This document shows, piece after piece, positions 17,682-28,472 of a stretch of 64,000 nucleotides of DNA. The stretch's first letter is position 1. Every line of letters starts with the position of its first letter. A model generated the notes under the pieces. That model was not told the origin of the DNA. It saw nothing but the letters and a program-made list of their open reading frames with translations, and ran no database searches. Source of the stretch: Macrostomum hystrix (lineage: Eukaryota; Animalia; Platyhelminthes). The translations under genes were made by a program, and so were the position numbers. The stretch covers positions 1,302,001-1,366,000 of the forward strand of contig CATNEN010000024.1 of the NCBI GenBank assembly GCA_950097015.1. Direction: 5' to 3'.

Positions 17682-19619
17682 TTACTTTCCTCTTGGTGGC
17701 CCTGAAACACGTGAGGCAGTCCGAGCCGCATTATGAGCAGCATTAGCAGCCTTTTTAGACTCCGAGACAACAGCAGTCTGAGCCAGATCCCTTTTTAGCG
17801 GCTTAGATTGTTTGCCCTCTTCGTCGCTACTGGGTGCATTGAACGCGTCTAAAAACGCAGGAAACAGTTCGACGCGCTCCTTAGGTAGACACAATTCGAC
17901 TCGATGCGGGTGCATGAACAGCGGCCCGGCGGCATCGTTATTTAACTTTTCCCAATGATTTAACGCAAGGGCGGGCGGCATAGAGTTGGAAGCCGCACCA
18001 TCGGCGGCATCTAACGAATAATTTTTTGGCGGCTCAGTGTCTAAAGTTGGCTCTTTGATGCCTTCAAAGTGCAGGTGACCACTAGGAAGCAGCATAAGCT
18101 TCGATGTGCCCAGAGTATTGTTGCCTTCGCAAGACATTACTTCGCTCTGTTGTTGTTGTTTTTTCCACATGGCTAATAGAGCAGGTGGCGGTTCCTCACA
18201 CAATATAACAGCATTATCAAGAAACTGCACCTTTCTTGGACGCGAATCTTCACCAGTAACGGTGGATGTCTTCAGCGTCCGGTCGTCTGTGGCCTTGTTA
18301 ATTGTCGAAAAAATCTGCTGCTGATCTTGCTGACTCAAAGAGTTTCGCGCAACGACTTGGCCATTCTGTCCAACAAAAATACACTGATCGTGTTGCTTAG
18401 ATCCAGAATCAGCGGAAGCTTTCATCGCTGCGGAAGACGCTGGAGCAGCTTTAGATTTATTCAAACTGGCATTATTAGAAGGCTGGTCACGTCCTTTAAT
18501 ATCAGCACCAGTTGGCACTTGATGCTGCCTTCTAAGTTCAGAATTATACAAAGTTTCAGTGTCAGCTTTCTCTCGATTCAATCTTCTAGCATCACTCTCA
18601 TGCCAAGCTTCCGCACTATGTAGCACTCGCTGTAACCTTCTAGCATCACTTTCATGCAGGGCTTCAGCGCCAGTTGGTACTCGGTGTAACTTTCTAGCAT
18701 CCCTTTCATGCAGGGCTTCAGTGCCAGTTGGTACTCGGTGTAACTTTCTAGCATCCCTTTCATGCAGGGCTTCAGCGCCAGTTGGCATTCGGTGTAACTT
18801 AGCACCACTTTCATGCAAGGCTTCAGCGCCAGTTGGTCCTCTGTATAGTTTTTGAGAACCAATGTCATGCGAAACTCCGCGTGGCCTAGCCGCAGCACCA
18901 GTTTGCTCTCTGTGCTGCCTTCTACTTTCAGGTGAGGCACTGCGAGGCCTATCATCGAATCTAGTTAAAGCTCCATGCAATCTAGATTGTAAAAATGCTG
19001 GAACACCTAGCGGTCTTCTACCCTGTGGACTATTTTGCTCCTTACGCGTACTGCCATGCCGATAAAGATCGTCTCTTGACTGCCTATTAATTGAAAGTTC
19101 ATAGTCTGATTCGTCGAAAGAATCATGCCCCACAGAAGAAGCAGCTCCAATGAGTGTGGGGCGCGACCTGTCAGACAGCAGAGCATCGGATTCTGCATAG
19201 TTTGGATCGCCGCGTAGTCTTTTAGAATCTGGGCCAGTTTGCCAATTGCAAGAAATGCCTGCCTCCCGCGCTAATCGAGCATCATCCGATGCTAGATCGG
19301 AGTTAGCGTAGTCAATCCTAGACCTAGATTGTATGTGATTTCGGGGCTGGCGACCCCAAATCGTTTTGACGTAGGCGGCATAAGAATCTTGAGTATCGCT
19401 TGCTGGATTCGATGGCGCTGGAGAGCTCCGACGTGCCACCTGCTCATGATATTTTATTGTACTGTCAGGCTGCTTCTGCTCCTGGCGATGAAGCATTGCA
19501 CTGCGGGAATGATTATTCAATACTGGTGATTCGATATAGAGATCGGGAATTGTGAGTCGATTCATTGTTTGAGTAGTTTCGCCTCTGACACGATGGAGTA
19601 TATTAGTGCAGTTGTTCAT
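17682..19619 (-). CDS. Uncharacterised 645-aa protein with internal 18-aa repeats
   Basis: Single long ORF with a 3' splice acceptor (TTATTTATTGCAG) 21 nt before the ATG; about five 54-nt repeats (RKLHRVPTGAEALHESDA); no family recognised. Confidence 0.6.
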   Translation of the reverse strand: MNNCTNILHRVRGETTQTMNRLTIPDLYIESPVLNNHSRSAMLHRQEQKQPDSTIKYHEQVARRSSPAPSNPASDTQDSYAAYVKTIWGRQPRNHIQSRSRIDYANSDLASDDARLAREAGISCNWQTGPDSKRLRGDPNYAESDALLSDRSRPTLIGAASSVGHDSFDESDYELSINRQSRDDLYRHGSTRKEQNSPQGRRPLGVPAFLQSRLHGALTRFDDRPRSASPESRRQHREQTGAAARPRGVSHDIGSQKLYRGPTGAEALHESGAKLHRMPTGAEALHERDARKLHRVPTGTEALHERDARKLHRVPTGAEALHESDARRLQRVLHSAEAWHESDARRLNREKADTETLYNSELRRQHQVPTGADIKGRDQPSNNASLNKSKAAPASSAAMKASADSGSKQHDQCIFVGQNGQVVARNSLSQQDQQQIFSTINKATDDRTLKTSTVTGEDSRPRKVQFLDNAVILCEEPPPALLAMWKKQQQQSEVMSCEGNNTLGTSKLMLLPSGHLHFEGIKEPTLDTEPPKNYSLDAADGAASNSMPPALALNHWEKLNNDAAGPLFMHPHRVELCLPKERVELFPAFLDAFNAPSSDEEGKQSKPLKRDLAQTAVVSESKKAANAAHNAARTASRVSGPPRGK

Positions 19620-22600
19620 GGCATGATCTCAAATTGTTGGCTGCAATAAATAAAATAAATTTAATACTTAATTTATTGCTTAAGGTATAATGCAAAACAT
19701 TTAAACAATACATTTTTCAATAAAACACTGCTATTCAAAATGCTAGAAAACAATTCATACACTACTCCTATTGAGTCAATGGTGTTACAAATTTACTGAA
19801 CAGGACCATTTGTATGTCACCAAAACTACTCCGCAAATAAAAAAATGTAATAAAACATAGAGCCCTACAGTTAAACTTAGAAAACTATTTTGCCTAAAGA
19901 AGTAGCAATAACTCTCTTTAGATTTGTATAAGGAATTTACAACAAAGCTCTATGAGTTATGGTTTATGCCAATTAGTCAGGCTACATATTTCTCTAGGCA
20001 GTGAGTACATCTATTTTGCTGCTTTTTTATTTTTGGATCCTACACCAAAGAGCTACAAATAATTATACTACAAACTTAGATATATATTGAATTCAAATAC
20101 ACATATAAACAGTTTCTTATAATATAAATTACTAAAATATACCTTTCTACTTTTGGCAACTAAATAACAATAATTGGGATAAAACACTAAATGCATGAAG
20201 ATATATTTTTATATTTTGCAGATCTAAACTGAGTTTTACAAAATATTGTATATTATTATAAAATTATTATAAATAATAGTATATATTGCCACTGAAATAA
20301 ATATATACATATATGCTATATATTCTTTCTATCATACTTTTAGATTCTCTTAATTCACATTTCTTAAACATTGATGAAAATTAATTTAACAAACAAAACT
20401 GTATACTTGTGATATATATCACAACAATATCACCTTATATTGGTAGACTACCAATACACACAGGACCCAGGCACATTTAGTGTTCTAAAAAAGCATTGAT
20501 GAAAACTTTGATTTGTTAAAAAGAAAAAAAATATTTTGGATAGTTATAGATCCACCACACAATAGCTGCAGCTGTGCTATTCACTTCACATTGGGCCCAA
20601 TTGGGGCAGGTGTAATTAAGTATTCTTATTTTATCTTACATTGTCACTGTTTTATAGTTTAAAGAATAAAAATGTCAATGAAAACTAATTTAATAAACAA
20701 AACTATACACTTGCTGATGTCTACACCACTTTTATTTTTAACTAAAAAACAATACTATCTACATATAGTCAATAAAGTGGCAAAAAGTCTTTGAGTCACA
20801 ATTAATAGAGCAGTTAACAAACAGTATAACATTCAAATATCTACATTCAACCCATAGTCAGAAGGTGGCAGTTTTTACTGAATTTCCTGGCACAAATTAA
20901 CAAATTTCTGGTGCACATGGTGCACACCAGCATATGGCAGCAGATGCAACATGCAGTGTTACCCATGTAATGAAGCTGTTACTTGTTACAGTATACTATT
21001 CACTGTTCTATCTAGTGTAACACTCCATTTTTGCAAAATAAAATTTGAAAAAGGAAAAAAAATGCTTCCTTTTTACATTTGTTTTTGCCATTTACTTAGT
21101 TTTTGTGTTTGTTTTGTTAAAAATTAAAATTTTAATTAAATTTTATTTCTTTTATTTTTGGTTTAACAAACTTATCTCATCTTGTGACTCTTATCTCTTG
21201 TCTCCTGTATGGCTGTATTCTTTGAATGCCTGTACCATAGTAATAAAAAATAATTGTAGGGATAGGGTATAGTGAGAATATTATGTCACACAAATATTGT
21301 TGCTGTTATAAAAAAAATGATTTTTATTGTAGCAAGGCAGGTTGTGATGGGTGCACGGCGTACACAAGGGTTTCAATGTTAGTGTATGGCGCACAATTTT
21401 GGGGGAAGTAGAAATTTTTTCTGTTGCACACTTTGCCACTTTCTTGACTATGGCATTCAACTATATCTAGTATGTCTAGACATAGTGCTGATCTGCATAG
21501 TCCAATCTAAAAATGCACATGCTGAATTTTAGCTTACTAAAATAAGCCTTTCTTAAATTCAGTTTTCATCTCAACATTGCACTTTGAGATGAATTGCAGT
21601 TTTCATCTGTTCTAATTTAATTTTTTGTGAATCATTGACAAAACAGCCAGCAGGTTTGACAAAATATTGTATTACCTTAGACAATTCATAAAAAGTTTGA
21701 AAATATATTTTAACATAAAATTGCGCCAATTAAGACAATGCCAAGGCTGACATGACAATGGCTTAATGCCAAATGACTAATAGCTTATGGGTTTTATTAG
21801 TCTATTTGCTGTTTGGTTTAAGAAATAAAAAAATATCAAAAAGCTTTTTTAGCTGAGACATACATCAAGATATGTATGAAATTTCATGTCAGATGGATCA
21901 ATTATAAGGTCCCAGCACCCAAATTTTTACTGTCAATATTATGTTAAAAGTTAAGCAAAAAAGTAAAACCAAATATTAAATGATAATATCTGAAAAAAAA
22001 GAACTTGAGACAGAGTAATTTTGTGTCTGATGTGTCAAGTTGTAGATTGAGCCTTGAGCAAGAAGTTTGAGTAAAAAATCTGGTGAAAGAATTGATCGTG
22101 CCTAATTCTGAGGCTGAAAGCACTTTTTTAAAGGTTTCTACAGTAGGCAAATTGTTTAAAATATTACAGTATTACAGTATTATATTGCATTACAAAAAAT
22201 AGTTCCTTGTGTTTTTAGAAGCTGACATAAACTCATCTGACTTAAGACTTTGAGCTTTTTTTTGTTTAGATAAAAGTGAAACATTTCAGTCAGAAAATGC
22301 CTTTTGAGGAATACAAACATTATTAAATTTGTATCCTGCATGCTTGGGATAGCTAACTTTAGACTAAGTACAACATGGAAAGATACATTAGAATAAATTA
22401 TTAAAAATAGGTATTTGATATTTGTCTGGTTAACAGGTTAACCACCCAAGGACTTAATTTCTCCCCTTTCAACAAGCAGGAGCAACGATCCTCCCAAATA
22501 CCACTCTTGCCCTGCTGAGAGCCATCTTGAGTCTTGACCTCACAAAGACCAAACTATACCCTTGAACAAAATTAGTCCCTGAAACAACCGAATTTCTGGA

Positions 22601-22947
22601 AAAGGTTTTAATTTTTTTTAATTAGCTGCTAAGCAAAAATAATTTGAGACACAAACTTCAAATCTGAATGACTGTCCTTTAGAAGCTTGTTAATTATTTT
22701 ATCTTACAAACTAGCTTTTTTTGCCCGTTGTTTTTGGGGCAGAAATTTAAAGCAAAGCAGTAAGCAATTCACGTCTCTGTATTAACTTTATAGTGAAGGT
22801 CACCATTTATTTATTTACTGCATTAATGAAAAGTGAAGAGTTTGTTTAAGGGCGTTTTAAGTAAAAAATAAGTGAAAAGTTTGTCCAAAAAGCCCCCTCT
22901 TGATTACTTCTTTAGAAACATGTCTCTTAGCCACTCCTCTATACAGT

Positions 22948-23224
22948 CAGTGGCAGATCCAGGAATTTTGTTTTGGGGCGGTCTGTCAGGGGAGCGCCAT
23001 GAGAATCACAGAGGGGGTGCCAGTGGCCGAAAAAGGGCGCCAGGAGCCAAGAAAGGGCGCCAGCGGCTGAAAAACGGGAGCCAGCGGCTGAAAAAGGGGC
23101 GCCAGCGGCCGAAAAGGGGCGCCAGTGCTGCGACTGGCGCCCCTGGTGGGGGCATCTTATTCCCATGATTAAAATTTAGGGGGGGCGACTGCCCCCCCGC
23201 CCCCCCCCCCTAAATCTGCCTCTG
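22948..23224. mobile_element. 277-bp hAT-type MITE nested in the Helitron
   Basis: Imperfect TIRs CAGTGGCAGAT / CAGAGGCAGAT; 8-bp TSD TATACAGT at 22940-22947 and 23225-23232; internal AAAAGGGCGCCAG-like repeats. Confidence 0.85.
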
Positions 23225-23376
23225 TATACAGTATGCATGTACACGCGTATACATAAGGAAAATAGCCATGGCATAACAATAACAATGTCAAAGAAACAAA
23301 ATTAAACTGTTTCAGAGTTCAGAGTTAGACAGGTCAAGGTCAATTCGTGACTACTTTTCTATTAATTGCTTGCGAG

Positions 23377-24345
23377 TCACCTCAAGGCCTGGGGATACAC
23401 CACATTCTTCGTTCTTCCCCTTGGTGCGAAAATGAATAGGCCAGCTGGAGTTCCAACATGGGAGCAGGCGACATAAAGCTGCCCATGCGAGAAGCAAGGA
23501 GTCTCCAGGTTGATGCCAGCCACCTTCAGCGACTGTCCCTGAGCCTTGTTAATAGTCATCGCAAAGCACACTCTCACAGGGAACTGCAGTCGCTTGAACT
23601 GAAATGGCAGGTCCGTGGGGATAATTGGAATCTGGGGAACGAACACAGACTCTCCTCTGCCAGATCCAGTCATTATCGTGGCCTCAATCACGTGTGGGAA
23701 GAGCCGCCTGACTATCAGTCTGGTGCCGTTACACAGCCTTGGCGCATTCAGGTTGCGGAGGAGCATAATTGGTGCCCCAACTTTCAGCTGCAAGTTGTGC
23801 GATGGAGTTCCAGGAGGATCTAGAGAGTTCAGAAACTCAACAGGATACTCCACAGCGGTGTCATCAGTCAACGTTGTATCAATTGACTTGTAGGTGAAAA
23901 CTGCACCTGGCAACTCCTGAAGCAGTTGGTAGTTAATTTCGTTGGCGGCATCATTTCTAGGACACAGAATTGCCCTCTCTGACAGCCAGTCAACGTCAGC
24001 ATATCGAACCATCAGGTTCGGGTAAACTTTTGCCTTGAGCTCCTGCACTGACTGCACAATGGTTCCGATTGTAGCGATCGATGACTGCCCATCCTCGGTG
24101 CTAATCTCCAGCAGACCATTGCCGATTCGCAATAGATTGGCAGAGAACTCATGAGCTGTTTCGTCTCCTTGAATTGTAGCTCTCATGTTTGTTCGTACAG
24201 GTGCAACTTCACAACCGATGGCCACAGGTGAGATGATTTTAGGCAAGCATTAATCTCATCAGCAGGAGTGCCACGAGGAATCACAGGCAGCGTCTGTCTA
24301 AAGTCTCCAGACAGCAGCAGAGTGACACCACCCATCAGTTGATCG
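23377..24345 (-). pseudogene. PIF1 helicase C-terminal fragment of Helitron RepHel, frameshifted
   Basis: GGVTLLLSGDFRQTLPVIP (ORF 24183..24419), frameshift near 24197, then RAILCPRN, LKVGAPIMLLRNL..LCNGTRL, QFPVRVCFAMTINKAQGQSL, FSHGQLYVACS; no Rep domain. Confidence 0.92.
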
Positions 24346-27300
24346 CCAGCCTCTCTCTTTCTTCTATCCCAGGCTGGCTGGAGAGAAATATCGCCCTGCG
24401 CACTGTGACGCCACCGCACTCAGTCTCAGTGCTGCTTGGGGGCCAGTAGACAGTCTAGGGGTTTGGGCTGTGTACATTCACGGCTTGAAATACAATGTAC
24501 AGTCTGGGGCTTCGGCGCCCGGGGAAGGGAGGGGGTGGCTGTAATAAAATTTGGCCCGCAGAGTGGCGGAGGGGAGTTGGGGTGGCTGTCCTCGGAAAAC
24601 AAAAAGTGACTCACTTTGAGATGATGCAGCTTTGCTCTGGATTGAGTAGAGATGTTCAAAATTGACAGCATTGTTGGAAAACATGTAAAGTGTAAGTGGA
24701 TCAAATTTGGAGAAAATCTGACAAAGTGGGGCGACGATATGTCGAATTGAGTGATTTTTTGACTATTTTGAGCAGTTTTTTGCACTTTTGAGCAGGAAGG
24801 AAATGATTTTTCGGGAATTTGAGTAGCCTATTGCACTCAGCGTAGGTGGTTTTAGGTATGTGCAAAGTTTGGTGCGATTTGGTTGAGCGGTTTCGGCGTC
24901 TATAAAGACAAAAGGTTGCACACACACACACACACAGACAGACAGAGTTTTCACTTTTATATATATAGATGATAGAGGTTCTCGTGGTAGTGCTACAACC
25001 CCTTATAACTTAGTTATAAGTTATAATTCAGTTAACCGGACGAATAATCAAATGGCTATTTGTCTGGTTAACTGGACAAATAACAACAGCCTTAAAAATA
25101 ACCAGGGATTACTTTTTGACATGCGCAAAATACTTAACATTATATTTTACGTTTTTCAAATAACTAGCAAAATAGCTAACTTAAAGTAAAGTATATATTG
25201 TTCCCTATCAAGCTAGATTAAATCAAACAGCTTGACAAATACTATAGATAATTAGTTTCACAGATAATAATACATTTTTAACTATATAGGGCCTAGTCTT
25301 AAAAACTATAGAACGGACTCTGGAGCAAACAAAACGATGTTACGTATTGGGCGCACGTCACACTGCGGCGTATTAAGCAACGTAATGTTAGCCGCTTGTA
25401 ATACTTTTAACTAGCGAAATAAACGTCAACGACATTTAGAAAAGAAATTGACTTGATGCTAACAAAACAGAATGTAAAACAAAGTGTACTACACTCACAA
25501 AAAATTAAAAGAACTTAAGTGCGTTAAATCGAAACATTTTATTATTACATTCATTTTTTATCTATTATACTTATTAACTTTAATTTTTTTGCTTTAGAAC
25601 CGTTGTTTTTAATTTCGCACCCTGTGCTTTTACCCTGAATATGCGTACACTTTTGGGGGTTCCTAATTATATCATATGGATTTACGAAAAAAAGACTCGA
25701 GAAATCAGGACGTAAAATTCCGAGATAGTATGTTAATTATTGGTGAAGGAACACTAGGAGTAGACGAACTCCTTGTGCTACTAGTGGTCCATTCATATTT
25801 GGTCTGCCAGCTAGGTTTAGTAAAAATCTGGTGACAAAACGAAATCATTTTTCTATGTAATCAGTGATTGAGCAAATGGGCCTACTCATGAGACAATCAA
25901 GACACTGAAATTTAAAACAACAAATACGCGATAAGTTAAAATAATGCGAAAACTTTTTGGTATTGATGCGTCCAAAGAATATATATTTTTTAATTACCTT
26001 TTATATTTCTGTTGTTGTTAAGAGGTTTGGGTCTAAGACCCGCGGGTCAGCCCTGGGAGGGGCTCTTCCGCTGTAGGTATTGTATATTTGACACGATTGA
26101 CGAAAAATATTTTACACGAAATAAAACGAATGAGAAATATTTTTAGGTATATTGTGTGCGCATGATTGGGATAAAAAATGGGTCCTCACAAAGATTAGGA
26201 CATCAGGATAAAAAAGGAAATCTAAGACAAGGGAAGTCACGCGCATAGTAAGTATTGAATTTGCAAAGCAATTGATTAAGGGATCGCATTTTCGCATTTG
26301 CAATTTCGCAGAGTTAGTTTTTTGGTAGAAAGATTTAGAGCTTTTTACAGTAATTAGATTGATAGCTTTTGGCGCATCGCAAGGGGAGCAGCCTAGGTGA
26401 GTTATAGGTAGTTTGAGATTATAGTGCGTTTTTCGCATTGGAGGGTTACAGAAAAATTGATGGAAAAAAATTTTTGAGAGTTTGTAGCTAGATTGGTAGT
26501 CCTGGCGCATCACACAAGGGGAGCAGCCTAGGGTTTATATTGGTAAATTGGTTTGGTTTGGTTTGGTTTGTGTCCGCAAAAACGACTCCATATTTCTGTA
26601 TTGTTGCCATTTAACGTTTACTCTGTTTCGAATTATTGTGACTAATTACGACTTCATTGAAGCAGTTTTTTGCATAATCGCTGTTTAGATTTAAAATGTG
26701 CATGCAGTACATGTATTTATCAGTAGTAGAGATGATAGTCACAAGCAATCAAGTGCAGGTTGCACAACTAATTAAGTAAAGAAAACATTGACATAGTCTC
26801 GCACAAAGAACGTTACCTACATGTACAATCTTCATAATTAGCTAGTATCGAAGGGTCCCCACAAATTTCATAAACCCGGTCTTATTGCACATGGTCAATA
26901 CTTAGCTCGGAAACTTCAGTCTTTATACTCGAACATTTCCTAATTCAATCATACTCGTACTTTATAAAGTACAATTGAATGCAGTTACACTTCACTAAAT
27001 GATACTCACTTGACTAATACTTTATTTCATACGCTTATAAAATTAAGATCTTTCACAGAAACGCTTGTTTGAAATTTACAATAAAGTTGTGTACTTAGGT
27101 CCATATTGTTAAAATATACTGCGAAGACCCGGCCCTTTGATATGGTAACGTGGCACTGGTCCTTGTTGTGTACAATTTGCGTCCTTGTGTAATGATGTAC
27201 TTTACAAGCACATCGGCACATCGTGGGGCTAAACCGCAAGAATGGGACTGCAAGTGATTCGCGATCACATTTTGCATGTTGTTAACAGATAGCAGTGTTA

Positions 27301-27860
27301 AGAAATTCTTTCCACAAGAGTGGAAAATTACAAGTATACCGCCCATATGGCCCGTACTTTAGATAGCCAATTGGCTAGTTTTCTGACCCCAGAACTCCTT
27401 TTAAAAAGCATTTACTTTACTTTACCTAAAAAAGCTCGATCCGGTTCTGCTGCAGCACACTGCATGGTCTCTACTATTACCTCCAACCAAAGCCTCCAAC
27501 CTATGCGGCCCCTCTACCCGACCTTAATCGCAGTTTGCCCCAAAAACTGACAAAAAGTCACATGAGTGAGGGGGGTTGCTGTTGTTGTTTATGAAACCTG
27601 CCTGCAATAATAATAGTTGCGAAAGACTAGTTTTGTTCTGTTCGTCTCTAATGTACTTTGACGAACGTTTACATTAAAGTGTGGCGTACAGAATGGAACA
27701 CACCCTCTACCCGCGTACTGTACTTCCATTCCTGATGTGCAATAATACCAGGCGTACAGAACTCAGCGCTCTGTCGCTTCATGCACACTTGCACGTGTTT
27801 TCATGCACATTGTGAATCCGACCGAGAAATTTAAATAACACCAAGAAAAGTCTAGGCTAG

Positions 27861-27868
27861 TATATAAA
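27861..27868 (+). promoter_or_regulatory. TATA box of the flavoprotein gene, followed by a probable 5'-UTR exon and intron 27978-28432
   Basis: TATATAAA, donor G|GTAAGC at 27978 and acceptor TTTTTCAG ending at 28432, 40 nt before the ATG. Confidence 0.5.
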
Positions 27869-28472
27869 GTGAGACTACTGGACGCATTGATAAGGCCAGA
27901 GCGGGTTTAATAGTAGTTCCATTGCCAGACCTTGCACTCCTTCAGTCAGGCTGCCACTGGCAAAGCAGGCGTTTTTCGGTAAGCCATTTTGTTTGTATTC
28001 TTGTCAGCTGCTAGTTTTTTTTAACAAAAACTTTTATGCGGATGTAGGAAAGTAATCATGATAGGAGTAATAGCACACGTAATAATTCTGGCAAATTCTG
28101 ATCGAGATCTGTTCGGCTTATACTATTTGCGTCTAGCTCAGAAAACAGCTTGCTCGTAGAAGCATTCCTTTCACCTATGTGTCGGAATTGAAAACGACCT
28201 TTTCACGGCTGATACGTATTGTATAGTTAATTATTAATGCGAGAGCACAACTCGGTCTTATAATCTGTTGTGTACTTGTCACGTATGTTTAGAGAGTATT
28301 TTAAATAAATTGTCCAGCTACGTTAAATATTTGACTTTATCGTTGTTGCTAGCATACTCCATACAGTACGATCGAGTATTGCACCAATGGTAACTAAGTC
28401 GCTCTACTTGAAACGTGACTTTAATTTTTCAGACGATTTCAAACGGCAAATCTGCCAATTAATCAGCTCAAG

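Larger units (their letters stand above)
22711..24969 (-). mobile_element. Internally deleted Helitron with both termini
   Basis: 5' A|TCTATATATATAAAAG at 24969; 3' hairpin GCCCC-AAAAACAAC-GGGC then CTAG|T at 22711; rejoined flanks give A|T with no TSD; carries a PIF1 helicase remnant. Confidence 0.85.

Noticed and set aside
19640-22700. AT-rich tract (and similar 59300-62400) as possible viral or Polinton DNA
   Set aside because: No long ORFs or recognisable motifs; at most decayed TE sequence
27920-27955. TTGCACTCC resembling the U1 snRNA stem-loop II loop
   Set aside because: No U1 5' end or Sm site; the sequence fits a 5'-UTR exon between a TATA box and a donor
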